From the NCBI RefSeq assembly GCF_014396165.1, contig NZ_CP060715.1:1140001-1172000 (forward strand): DNA of 32,000 bases, read 5' to 3'. This DNA is from Erysipelothrix inopinata. Its GTDB lineage: Bacteria; Bacillota_I; Bacilli_A; Erysipelotrichales; Erysipelotrichaceae. Below the pieces are notes generated by a model. The model worked only from the letters and a program-made list of their open reading frames with translations, had not been told where the DNA came from and made no database searches. Shown in pieces: positions 8,187-16,212 of the stretch; the stretch's first letter is position 1; the number at the start of each line of letters is the position of its first letter. Made by a program: the position numbers and the translations under genes.

Positions 8187-9697
8187 GGTGAATTTTTAGT
8201 TTTAAACAGGGGTGTAATTAATTTCTTTAAGCGCAGTAAATCATCATCGCTAATGATGTTTCCTATTTGAATAACAGGTATTGGTAGATTTAAATCGATG
8301 GTACTTGTCGAAAGAATGCAGTCGAATGGTGATAAATCAAATTCTTTGAGTTCATGAGTTGTGATACTGGATTCCAACTTAATTTCGGGAATATTGAATG
8401 TAACTCTTTGGATAAGAACTGACTGAGCGCTACGACTTATTTCTGTTACAAGCAACGTGTTGAGGGATTTCTTTTGACGTTCGAGAGCACCCGCAAGGTA
8501 AAGTGTAATGAAACCAAGCTCGTCTTTAGAGAGGTTTTGCCAATATTCTAAATCTGAATCACGAATACTATCTTGAAGGAGTTGATACGTATTAGAGTAA
8601 TAGGCATCGATTTCATGAAGGAGAGGATTACGAATTGGAATCCCATAGTTGATGCGTATATCTACTGTATTCATATGACGTCTTAAATCTTCAATGAGTT
8701 TGTCATCTTGTGATAAATTGACAGAGGAATGATGGTTCCAGTAGTTTATGAGATACGCAACGAACTCATCAATGTGACCGGTATTGTCTGAAGAAAGTGT
8801 CGTAACTTGTTGGTAAGCAACAACGTATATTTGCAGATAATACACATCCATTGGATCGCACACTAATGTTTCAAAGAAATCTTGTTCTTGGAGTAAGAAT
8901 TGACTGATCTCATAGGCTTCGGGATATGCTTTGAGTTCTGTGATAAATATATCTGAGAGATTGGCTGAATAACCAAGATTAGATCGTATACAGACGATAA
9001 GAACACGAACTAATAAGTGACTGAGATTATTAACAGTATAGTTTTGAAGTGTCGCATTCCCAATGGTTAAGATAGTCTTGAAACCGGCTTGAATCTCATC
9101 ATCTGTTAAATCAAGTCCAGGGAATATGAATCGACCATCACACGTTTGATTGATATTATGAATATAGGACTCGAAGATTGGAAAAGTACTACTTTGAATC
9201 ATTTGGTCAAACATATAGTTTCGTATTTTTCGTTCCTTACCTTCAAACCATAGACCTTGCTTGCCTTTTCGTTCTAAAGAAATCTGAAAAGAATGAGCAG
9301 TGTCTTTAATTTCACTAATATCTTTTTGAATGGTTGCACGAGAGACGTAGAGTTCATCCATTAAGTCAAGGATACGCACCCCTTCATCAGACAATATTCT
9401 TAAAGAAATATAGATTTGACGATCACGAGGTGCTAGGGCTTGATGAGAATTATGTTGATACTTGATTTGTGATTCAAGGGTAAGTTTTGCTTGAGGGGTT
9501 CCTTCAATCATAACGCCAGAACCTGTTTTCTTAATGAGAGTTAGATTGCACTCTTGAAGTATGGGGCTAAGAGCATCGAGATCGTGACGAATGGTACGAT
9601 TGGAAACATTGAGGTGATTGGCAATATCCTGAATTGTACGAAATTGATTTGATTTTAATAAATAACGAATAATTTGTAACTGTCTGGATTGTTTCAT
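8168..9697 (-). CDS. PRD-domain transcriptional regulator (MtlR/LicR/ManR-like: HTH - PRD - EIIB-like)
   Basis: N-terminal HTH (RQLQIIRYLLKSNQFRTIQDIANHLNVSNRTIRHDLDAL). PRD signature (RRHMNTVDIRINYGIPIRNPLLHEIDAYYSNTYQLL). The C-terminal about 90 aa is EIIB-like. I prefer the ATG at 9697 (MKQSRQ...), preceded by AAGGAG with 8-nt spacing, over the ORF-track start at 9727. Confidence 0.75.
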   Translation of the reverse strand: MKQSRQLQIIRYLLKSNQFRTIQDIANHLNVSNRTIRHDLDALSPILQECNLTLIKKTGSGVMIEGTPQAKLTLESQIKYQHNSHQALAPRDRQIYISLRILSDEGVRILDLMDELYVSRATIQKDISEIKDTAHSFQISLERKGKQGLWFEGKERKIRNYMFDQMIQSSTFPIFESYIHNINQTCDGRFIFPGLDLTDDEIQAGFKTILTIGNATLQNYTVNNLSHLLVRVLIVCIRSNLGYSANLSDIFITELKAYPEAYEISQFLLQEQDFFETLVCDPMDVYYLQIYVVAYQQVTTLSSDNTGHIDEFVAYLINYWNHHSSVNLSQDDKLIEDLRRHMNTVDIRINYGIPIRNPLLHEIDAYYSNTYQLLQDSIRDSDLEYWQNLSKDELGFITLYLAGALERQKKSLNTLLVTEISRSAQSVLIQRVTFNIPEIKLESSITTHELKEFDLSPFDCILSTSTIDLNLPIPVIQIGNIISDDDLLRLKKLITPLFKTKNSPKRELD

Positions 9698-9749
9698 GAT
9701 GTTCACTCCTTGGCAGTATTGTATCATAGAAAATGAAAGGGACTACAGT

Positions 9750-11015
9750 ATGAAATTTAACATTGATAAAAAAGAGGAAAATATTCTGTGTGCTACAGCA
9801 AAACTTGTATCGATTAATTCAGTACGTGACTTAGAGACACGTGAGGAAAATGCTCCATTTGGTAAAGGAATTCGCAGAGCAATGGATTGTTTTACATCTA
9901 TTGCGAAAGGATGGGGCTTTCGAGTTGGCGATGTTGATGGCTATGCAGTTTATGCGGAAATAGGTCCTGAGAATAATGAACATATTGGCGTGTTGGGACA
10001 CTTGGATGTTGTGGAGGCAGGCGACCTAAATTTATGGCACAGTGACCCATTTCATCTTGATAGAAGAAATGGCATGCTATATGGAAGAGGCGTCAATGAT
10101 GATAAAGGACCTCTCATCGCGGCACTTTGGGCAGCTCGTGCTGTTTATGAAACAAGTGAAATGAACCTGCCAATTCGCGTCATAGCTGGGGGTGCAGAAG
10201 AAACAACTTGGGAATGTATGACCCATTACTTTGAACACCATCCTCAGCCAGTTATGGGATTTTCTCCTGACGGAAATTTTCCAATTGTGAATGGGGAAAT
10301 GGGGATGATTCATCTAAGGCTTATTTTCCCTAAAGAACCAGATTTTAAAGCAAAATCAGAGGTTCAATTTTCATACAACTGTAGTGATATAACTATTAAT
10401 GGATTGCGAACAAAGAGTAATAAAGTCTTATCTCGTAATCCTCAACGATCAGACCATGCCATCTTTAATTGGATCAATCAATATGGATTCGGAGGCAGTT
10501 TAGTATTACGTACAATTCATGATCTTATTCAACCGGATTATCATGGTAAAGGCTTGGGTATCGATTCATTTCACGAAGAGATGGGAAATTGTAACGTTTG
10601 TATCTTATCCCTAAACAGCCAAGATGATGATACAGTCTTGGATCTTGATATTCGCTATCCGATTTCAACCTCAGAAGAGATCATTATCAATCAACTTATA
10701 AAACTAGGAGAATCTTACCAATTTGAGGTTATGCCTTTAAAAAGCAGAAAACCGCTATACGTTGCATCAGATCATCCCTTAATAAAAGCACTTAAGGATG
10801 CCTACCAAACAGTAATGCATGAGGAAGCACATTGTATTACGAAGGGTGGCGCAAGCTATGCACGCGTTATGAGTGCAGGTGTTGCCTTCGGAGCGACATT
10901 TGAAGGTGAAGATCCCCAACCACACATGCCAAACGAAAAAATGCCTGTAGCCTCTTTAATGAAAGCTACTGATATTTACATTGAATCGCTAAAAACATTG
11001 AGTTCTTCACAATAA
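9750..11015 (+). CDS. M20-family metallodipeptidase (PepV/Sapep-like)
   Basis: GHLDVVEAGD..W..DPF, GRGVNDDKGP, GGAEETTWE and the C-terminal GGASYAR..PHMPNE are hallmark M20 dipeptidase blocks. The preferred start is MKFNIDKK at 9750. The ORF-track start at 9696 would overlap the divergent regulator. Confidence 0.8.
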   Translation: MKFNIDKKEENILCATAKLVSINSVRDLETREENAPFGKGIRRAMDCFTSIAKGWGFRVGDVDGYAVYAEIGPENNEHIGVLGHLDVVEAGDLNLWHSDPFHLDRRNGMLYGRGVNDDKGPLIAALWAARAVYETSEMNLPIRVIAGGAEETTWECMTHYFEHHPQPVMGFSPDGNFPIVNGEMGMIHLRLIFPKEPDFKAKSEVQFSYNCSDITINGLRTKSNKVLSRNPQRSDHAIFNWINQYGFGGSLVLRTIHDLIQPDYHGKGLGIDSFHEEMGNCNVCILSLNSQDDDTVLDLDIRYPISTSEEIIINQLIKLGESYQFEVMPLKSRKPLYVASDHPLIKALKDAYQTVMHEEAHCITKGGASYARVMSAGVAFGATFEGEDPQPHMPNEKMPVASLMKATDIYIESLKTLSSSQ

Positions 11016-11070
11016 AATAGTTATTTTTTGCCACAATGATTGGGTAATAACCATGTCTACTTGAAACTTG

Positions 11071-11084
11071 TGAAAGCGCTTGTA
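11071..11084. promoter_or_regulatory. Candidate catabolite-responsive element (cre, CcpA site)
   Basis: TGAAAGCGCTTGTA matches the cre consensus TGNAANCGNWNNCW at all specified positions but one (T for C at position 13). It lies 37 nt upstream of the EIICB start and just after a TTGAAA -35-like hexamer (11061-11066). Confidence 0.4.
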
Positions 11085-11120
11085 GTTAAGTAAACTTTAA
11101 TTACGAAGGGAAGTAAAAGT

Positions 11121-12710
11121 ATGTTGAAAAAAATACAAGGAAAACTCCAAACATTTTCCGGAGCCATGATGGTTCCAATTATCTTACTTGTTTTAGTTGG
11201 TTTTTATGTAGGGATAGGGAGTGCATTTACGAACTATATTCTACCTGAGGGGTCATTCTTCTCAAATATGTTTGCCATGTTTACAAACTTAGGATTCATG
11301 TTCATGAATAATCTTCAAGTTTGGTTTGCAGTTGGTATTGCGTTTGCTTTAGCTAAAAAAGAAAAAGGCTGGGCAGCGTTTGCAGGGATTGTAATGTACA
11401 TGTGTTTCATTCGTGGACTTGAAAGTATGGCAGGTTTCCATGGTTGGAATGCTACAACTACAACTATCGAAGCTTTAACTGCCTCAGGGTATACTCCTGA
11501 AGCAGCATTAACGTTCAATAATTTATGGGGAACATCGTTAGGAATTTTTAACTACAACATGGGTATTTTCTCCGGGATCATCGCCGGATTATCTGCTTCA
11601 TGGATTCATAACAAATTCGTTGATACTCAGTTACCTGCCATGTTCGGATTCTTTGCAGGAACAAAAATGGTTATCATCATGGTTACGGTGCTTTCAGTAC
11701 CAATGGCATTTGTCTTCTACTATGTCTGGCCATTTGTAGCCCAAGCTCTTGCGGCCATAACTGGATTCATTTCCAATGCTGGCCTCTTTGGTACCTTTGT
11801 CTTTGGTACTTTAGATAAAATGCTTCTACCATTTGGTATTCACCACCTAATCGCATTCCCAATTGAATATTCATCAGTTGGTGGAACCATGATGATTGAT
11901 GGTGTCGTCTATGAAGGTGTTCGTAATATTATTAACGGTCAAGCTGCAAGTGCCGACGCACTAGGATATATTACTCGCAACTTTACAACAGGACGTGTTT
12001 TATTCCAACTTGCTGGATTACCAGGTGCAGCATTTGCTATGTACCGCTGTGCTAAACCAGAAAATAGAAAAAAAGTGGCATCACTTCTTATTCCAGCAGT
12101 ATTTACACTTGTCTTAGTTGGAATTTCAGAACCTATTGAATATACATTCTTATTCTTAGCGCCTCAATTATACTTCTTAATCTATGCACCACTCTGTGGA
12201 TTAATGTATGTCATTGCGGAAATATTCAAAATTTCTATCAATGGTAACGCACTGTTATTTATGATTCCAAATATTCTACAACCTCAAAAAGTACATGCAA
12301 TGAGCCTCATCTTCTTATTGCCAATGACATTTGGTGTCTACTACTTCGTGTTTAAAGGAGCTATCTTAAAATGGAACCTTAAGACACCTGGACGTGGTGA
12401 TTCTGAAATGAAATTAATGAGTAAAAAAGAATACAAGGAACGTAAAGAAGGACTTGAGATTGAAGATTCTCTAGAACAAAGAATTATTGAAGCTTTCGGT
12501 GGTCCTGAAAATATTGAAAGTGTCACATGCTGTGCAACACGACTTCGTGTGAAAGTTTCAGATGATAGCTTGGTTGTAGATGATGAAACATGGAATCAAC
12601 ATCTCAATGCGATGGGAGTTGTTCGTGGTGAAAAAAGTTATCAAATTATTTATGGTGTCCAAGTCCAATCAATTACGACTAAAGTGAAAGATCTCTTAGG
12701 TATTGATTAG
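11121..12710 (+). CDS. PTS glucose-family EIICB component (alpha-glucoside/maltose-like subgroup)
   Basis: About 10 TM EIIC with GISEPIEYTFLF (the GITEPIEF motif). The N-terminus MLKKIQ...FSGAMMVPI resembles the GlvC/MalP type. The C-terminal EIIB domain carries the phospho-Cys motif VTCCATRLRV. Confidence 0.85.
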   Translation: MLKKIQGKLQTFSGAMMVPIILLVLVGFYVGIGSAFTNYILPEGSFFSNMFAMFTNLGFMFMNNLQVWFAVGIAFALAKKEKGWAAFAGIVMYMCFIRGLESMAGFHGWNATTTTIEALTASGYTPEAALTFNNLWGTSLGIFNYNMGIFSGIIAGLSASWIHNKFVDTQLPAMFGFFAGTKMVIIMVTVLSVPMAFVFYYVWPFVAQALAAITGFISNAGLFGTFVFGTLDKMLLPFGIHHLIAFPIEYSSVGGTMMIDGVVYEGVRNIINGQAASADALGYITRNFTTGRVLFQLAGLPGAAFAMYRCAKPENRKKVASLLIPAVFTLVLVGISEPIEYTFLFLAPQLYFLIYAPLCGLMYVIAEIFKISINGNALLFMIPNILQPQKVHAMSLIFLLPMTFGVYYFVFKGAILKWNLKTPGRGDSEMKLMSKKEYKERKEGLEIEDSLEQRIIEAFGGPENIESVTCCATRLRVKVSDDSLVVDDETWNQHLNAMGVVRGEKSYQIIYGVQVQSITTKVKDLLGID

Positions 12711-13115
12711 ATGTGGAACTCAGAAACAATTAATGCACTTTCAAAATGGTTGTTGGAAAAAGCAATCGCAGAGGAAATTGCATTCGAACTGTACAGTTTA
12801 AATCACTGTGTATCCATGTACTGTCCAGTAACTTTGGCTAAAGATAAGTTGAGTTGGCTCTCAAGAAAGCGAAATACAGTACTTCGCTTTCAACTCAACT
12901 CTCAAGATGTCTCAGAAAAAAATAAAAATGATGAAAATGCGTTTTACAAAAAATATGGTTTAGAGCCATCAGAGTACACCCTAACACCGGGTTCAGTAGC
13001 AATCATCGACTCCCAAGGATTAATGTGCGGTGTTGTCACCATTACAGGTAAAACACCACAAGAAGATCATGAAATTGCAATTGAAGCTAAAGCGTATTTT
13101 GAATCATTGAAATAA
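12711..13115 (+). CDS. UPF0303 / heme-degrading-domain (GlcG-HbpS superfamily, DUF336-like) protein
   Basis: The C-terminal block KKYGLEPSEYTLTPGSVAIID..GLMCGVVTITGKTPQEDHEIAIEA parallels the UPF0303 signature (..HGGAFPL..G.VIGSVTVSGLPQ..DHELVVEA), recalled from memory. The ATG immediately follows the EIICB stop. Confidence 0.5.
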   Translation: MWNSETINALSKWLLEKAIAEEIAFELYSLNHCVSMYCPVTLAKDKLSWLSRKRNTVLRFQLNSQDVSEKNKNDENAFYKKYGLEPSEYTLTPGSVAIIDSQGLMCGVVTITGKTPQEDHEIAIEAKAYFESLK

Positions 13116-13131
13116 AAATGGAGGCAATAAC

Positions 13132-13593
13132 GTGTTTGGATTTAAAAAAGATAAATGGTGTGCACATGCAAAAGGACGCCTAATAGAAATAGAAAATGTA
13201 CCAGATCCCGTATTCTCCCAAAAAATGATGGGTGATGGTTATGCTATTGAAGTTGTAGGAGATGCAATTTATGCACCTACTGATGGTGACATTACCATGA
13301 TATTTCCTACAAAACATGCCCTAGGTATCAAAACCAACAAAGGAATCGAAATCCTTGTTGACATTGGTTTGGATACGGTAGCACTTGAAGGAGAAGGTTT
13401 TACAGTTCACTGTAGTGTTGGCGAACATGTAAATGCCGGAGATAAACTCGTATCACTTGATGTAGATACATTTAAGAAAAATAATATTAATCTTGTGACT
13501 CCAGTCGTCTTTACTGAAAATACATCGTTTAGTTTAAGTGGCGTAGGAAATAGTGTTTCCGAAGGTGATAAATTAGATTTGAAAATTAAGTAA
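13132..13593 (+). CDS. PTS EIIA-Glc domain protein with the phospho-acceptor His replaced by Asp
   Basis: VFSQKMMGDGYAI, APTDGDITMIFPTKHA and GIEILVDIGLDTVALEGEGF match the EIIA-Glc signature. GTG start with RBS TGGAGG 7 nt upstream. The position equivalent to E. coli Crr His90 (..[10 protein letters not shown]..) is Asp77 (GAC, 13360-13362). Confidence 0.85.
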   Translation: MFGFKKDKWCAHAKGRLIEIENVPDPVFSQKMMGDGYAIEVVGDAIYAPTDGDITMIFPTKHALGIKTNKGIEILVDIGLDTVALEGEGFTVHCSVGEHVNAGDKLVSLDVDTFKKNNINLVTPVVFTENTSFSLSGVGNSVSEGDKLDLKIK

Positions 13594-13615
13594 AAAATTT
13601 AAAAGTAACTTCAGA

Positions 13616-13648
13616 AGGATAAACAAGTATTTTGGTTTATCCTTTTTT
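13616..13648 (+). terminator. Rho-independent terminator ending the PTS operon
   Basis: Stem aggataaac (13616-13624) / gtttatcct (13635-13643) followed by a T-run (13643-13648). Confidence 0.65.
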
Positions 13649-13696
13649 GAGAATAGTGTACAATAGACAAAGATAAAAGTAATGCGAGGAATTGAG

Positions 13697-14710
13697 ATGA
13701 CGAATAATTTTTGGAATGATTTACCAAAGCCTTTTTTTATACTGGCACCAATGGAAGATGTAACTGATGTTGTATTTAGACATGTCGTGGCAAATGCAGC
13801 CAAGCCCGACGTGTTTTTTACCGAATTTACGAATAGTGAAAGCTACTGTCATAGTGTTGCGAAAGAAAGCCTTCGTGGTCGATTAACATTTACCGAAGAT
13901 GAACAGCCTATAGTTGCTCATATTTGGGGAGACAATCCAGAGTACTTTAGACAAATGAGTATTGGTATGGCTGAAATGGGATTTAAAGGTGTTGACCTAA
14001 ATATGGGATGCCCTGCACCGAACGTTTTTAAGCATGGACGTGGGTCGGGATTAATTTTACGACCTGATGTTGCTGCTGAACTGATTCAAGCTGCTAAGGC
14101 TGGCGGATTGCCTGTGAGTGTTAAAACACGATTGGGTCATCGTCATGTTAGTGAATGGAAAGAATGGTTAGGCCATCTTCTTCGTCAAGATATAGCGAAC
14201 CTCTCAATTCACCTCAGAACTAAAACAGAAATGAGTAAGGTAGATGCTCATTGGGAACTTATTCCTGAAATCCTAAAATTAAGAGATGAAATCGCACCAC
14301 AAACACTGATTACAATAAATGGAGATATTGCGGATTACAAAGTGGGTAAAGAACTTGCAGATAAATATGGTGTTGATGGTGTGATGATTGGTCGCGGAAT
14401 CTTCCATAATCCCTATGCATTTGAAAAGGAAGAAATGTATCATTCACCCCTTGAACATCTCGAACTCTTTAAATACCACCTTGACCAGTTTGACTATTAT
14501 TCTGGAAAAGAACCAAGCATCTTCAAACCTTTACAACGATTCTTTAAAATCTATATTCGTGATTTCAAGGGAGCAAGTGATCTTCGTGTTCGCTTGATGG
14601 AAACGAAATCTACAGAAGAAGTTAGAGATGTTTTAGATTCGTTTATTTCAGAAAATTTGGATGTCTTAGATATTGATGAAAATGGAAATATGAAGTCTAA
14701 CTCACTTTAA
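13697..14710 (+). CDS. dus: tRNA-dihydrouridine synthase (Dus family, FMN TIM barrel)
   Basis: [17 protein letters not shown], and DLNMGCP (catalytic Cys) are typical Dus family blocks. The start at 13697 (MTNNFW) has GAGGA 6 nt upstream. The ORF-track ATG at 13682 is also possible. Confidence 0.85.
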   Translation: MTNNFWNDLPKPFFILAPMEDVTDVVFRHVVANAAKPDVFFTEFTNSESYCHSVAKESLRGRLTFTEDEQPIVAHIWGDNPEYFRQMSIGMAEMGFKGVDLNMGCPAPNVFKHGRGSGLILRPDVAAELIQAAKAGGLPVSVKTRLGHRHVSEWKEWLGHLLRQDIANLSIHLRTKTEMSKVDAHWELIPEILKLRDEIAPQTLITINGDIADYKVGKELADKYGVDGVMIGRGIFHNPYAFEKEEMYHSPLEHLELFKYHLDQFDYYSGKEPSIFKPLQRFFKIYIRDFKGASDLRVRLMETKSTEEVRDVLDSFISENLDVLDIDENGNMKSNSL

Positions 14711-14730
14711 TGTGAATCAGACTTTTTTTT
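14693..14730 (+). terminator. Candidate terminator after dus
   Basis: Outer stem aagtct (14693-14698) / agactt (14719-14724), with an inner tcac/gtga pairing, followed by a T8 run (14723-14730). The stem is weak. Confidence 0.4.
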
Positions 14731-14757
14731 GTCACTAGAACAGGACCATAGTATAAT
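14729..14757 (+). promoter_or_regulatory. Near-consensus sigma-A promoter
   Basis: TTGTCA (14729-14734), exactly 17 nt spacer, TATAAT (14752-14757). It lies 26-32 nt upstream of the ATG cluster at 14783-14791. Confidence 0.55.
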
Positions 14758-14782
14758 ACTAGATATAAACTATTGACGAGGT

Positions 14783-15505
14783 ATGATGATGACACAAAAC
14801 GGCAAAGTATTTATATCAGGTTCAAGAAATCAGCTTAAACTAACAGAAAGTATACTTAAAACTTTAGATACACTTGTGTCAAAAAACTTTGATATTTTGA
14901 TAGGAGATTCAGAAAAAGGTGTGGATTCAGAAGTTTTGAATTACCTAATGCAACACAACCCAAAATCAAAAGTCACAGTTTTTACAATTAAGGATAAACC
15001 CCGTGTGCCAATTTACCCAAATTGGGAAATTCGAACGACTCAAGTAAGCTCAGACTTAAGCTCACAAGATAAACAGATGGTCAAGGATCGTGTCATGGCA
15101 AATGAAACAACCTGGGGCATATCAATATTAAACCCCATATTCCTGAATCGGTACGGAGCGCTCCAAGTGAGTTCAGGTACACTTAGGAATACAATTCAGA
15201 TGTTGCTTAATGATAAACCCGTCAAACTTTTCTACGTATATGGTGGAAAAATGATGAATTCAGATTTGAAAACATTAAATGATCTTGTAATGGTGATTGA
15301 AAGTTATCAAAGCGAAATATTAACAAAAGAAGAAAAAGCTAATATTATAAAAGCAAAGAATAATTCTAATCTGATAGACCTCAATCAGATTAAATATGAG
15401 ATACTCAACAAGAAATTTAACGAACTGATGAGAACAGAAATCCAAATTATAGAAGCAAGAAGTTCTTTTAACTTAAAAACACATGAACAACTAAAGCTAT
15501 TCTAA
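14783..15505 (+). CDS. Hypothetical protein with an N-terminal DprA/LOG-like (SLOG-type) Rossmannoid domain and a C-terminal helical tail
   Basis: VFISGSRN...(about 30 aa)...ILIGDSEKGVDSEVLNYL mirrors the DprA/SLOG pattern (VGSR ... SGxAxGID). SSGTLRNTIQML resembles the LOG PGGxGTxxE motif. The last about 70 aa are Lys/Glu/Asn-rich and helical. GAGG at 14778-14781 favours the third ATG (14789). The assignment is by eye only. Confidence 0.35.
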   Translation: MMMTQNGKVFISGSRNQLKLTESILKTLDTLVSKNFDILIGDSEKGVDSEVLNYLMQHNPKSKVTVFTIKDKPRVPIYPNWEIRTTQVSSDLSSQDKQMVKDRVMANETTWGISILNPIFLNRYGALQVSSGTLRNTIQMLLNDKPVKLFYVYGGKMMNSDLKTLNDLVMVIESYQSEILTKEEKANIIKAKNNSNLIDLNQIKYEILNKKFNELMRTEIQIIEARSSFNLKTHEQLKLF

Positions 15506-15612
15506 GAAATTGCATGTAGAGCTATTGCGAGGGCCAAATTAATTAGTATATAATGATGTAATCGAATTGAAGATAATCTTTAATTCAGAGACATATCACT
15601 AAGGAGGAAGTT

Positions 15613-16140
15613 ATGAACGTTATAGTTGAAGCATATAATGAAGCTTGGGTTAAAAACTATACCAACGAGTCACGTAAGATTCGAGAAATTGTAGGGGATA
15701 ATCTCGTACAAATTTATCATATTGGAAGCACGTCGGTTCCTGGTCTCAGTGCTAAACCAGTCATTGATATGTTGCTTGTCGTTACAAGTTTAGAGAATCT
15801 CGACACGATTGCTGATAAATTTGAGCTGTTAGACTATGAAGTAATGGGTGAGTTTGGGATGCCAGGTCGCCGTTACTATCGCAAGGGTGGCGATAATCGT
15901 ACACATCATATTCATGCATTTCATGTCAGTAATCTGTTTGATATTGAAAGACATTTAATTTTTAGGGACTACCTAAGATGCCATACTGAAGATCGGGATG
16001 AATACGGTGAGCTCAAGAAAAAACTAGCGATTTCTAATCCTAAAGATATAGATTCATACGGTGATGGTAAAGATTCTCTTGTAAAGCGAATCGAGCATGA
16101 TGCACTCGTATGGTACTATCACGAAATTCGAAATAAATAG
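15613..16140 (+). CDS. GrpB-family protein (UPF0157, nucleotidyltransferase fold)
   Basis: HIGSTSVPGLSAKPVIDML, RRYYRKGG..RTHHIH and FRDYLR are the characteristic GrpB blocks. RBS AAGGAGGAAG. It has its own promoter-like TTGCGA (15525-15530) and TATAAT (15549-15554). Confidence 0.85.
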   Translation: MNVIVEAYNEAWVKNYTNESRKIREIVGDNLVQIYHIGSTSVPGLSAKPVIDMLLVVTSLENLDTIADKFELLDYEVMGEFGMPGRRYYRKGGDNRTHHIHAFHVSNLFDIERHLIFRDYLRCHTEDRDEYGELKKKLAISNPKDIDSYGDGKDSLVKRIEHDALVWYYHEIRNK

Positions 16141-16164
16141 TTGATACTATTATTTATGAGTACT

Positions 16165-16205
16165 AAAAATGAGCTATACGATTTAATCGTGTAGCTCATT
16201 TTTGG
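16165..16205. terminator. Bidirectional terminator between grpB-like and surface-protein genes
   Basis: aaaaatgagctatacgat (16165-16182) / atcgtgtagctcattttt (16186-16203). This is a long, nearly perfect stem with an A-run on one side and a T-run on the other. Confidence 0.6.
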
Positions 16206-16212
16206 TTAATTA

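Noticed and set aside
9696-9749. N-terminal extensions suggested by the ORF track: 9696 for the peptidase, 9727 for the PRD regulator, 23547 for the dehydrogenase, 24676 for the LPXTG protein, 28748 (TTG) for IIB and 29245 (GTG) for the phosphatase.
   Set aside because: In each case an internal ATG is preceded by a proper Shine-Dalgarno sequence at 5-10 nt. That ATG gives a canonical N-terminus (signal peptide, HTH or a family-typical start). The longer versions overlap neighbouring genes or lack an RBS.
13573-13803. The 76-aa minus-strand ORF bridging the EIIA stop, the terminator and the dus start.
   Set aside because: It overlaps the ends of two well-supported genes and runs through a terminator hairpin. 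It has no RBS, and its sequence is low-complexity (Lys/Phe/Leu-rich), as expected from AT-rich intergenic DNA.
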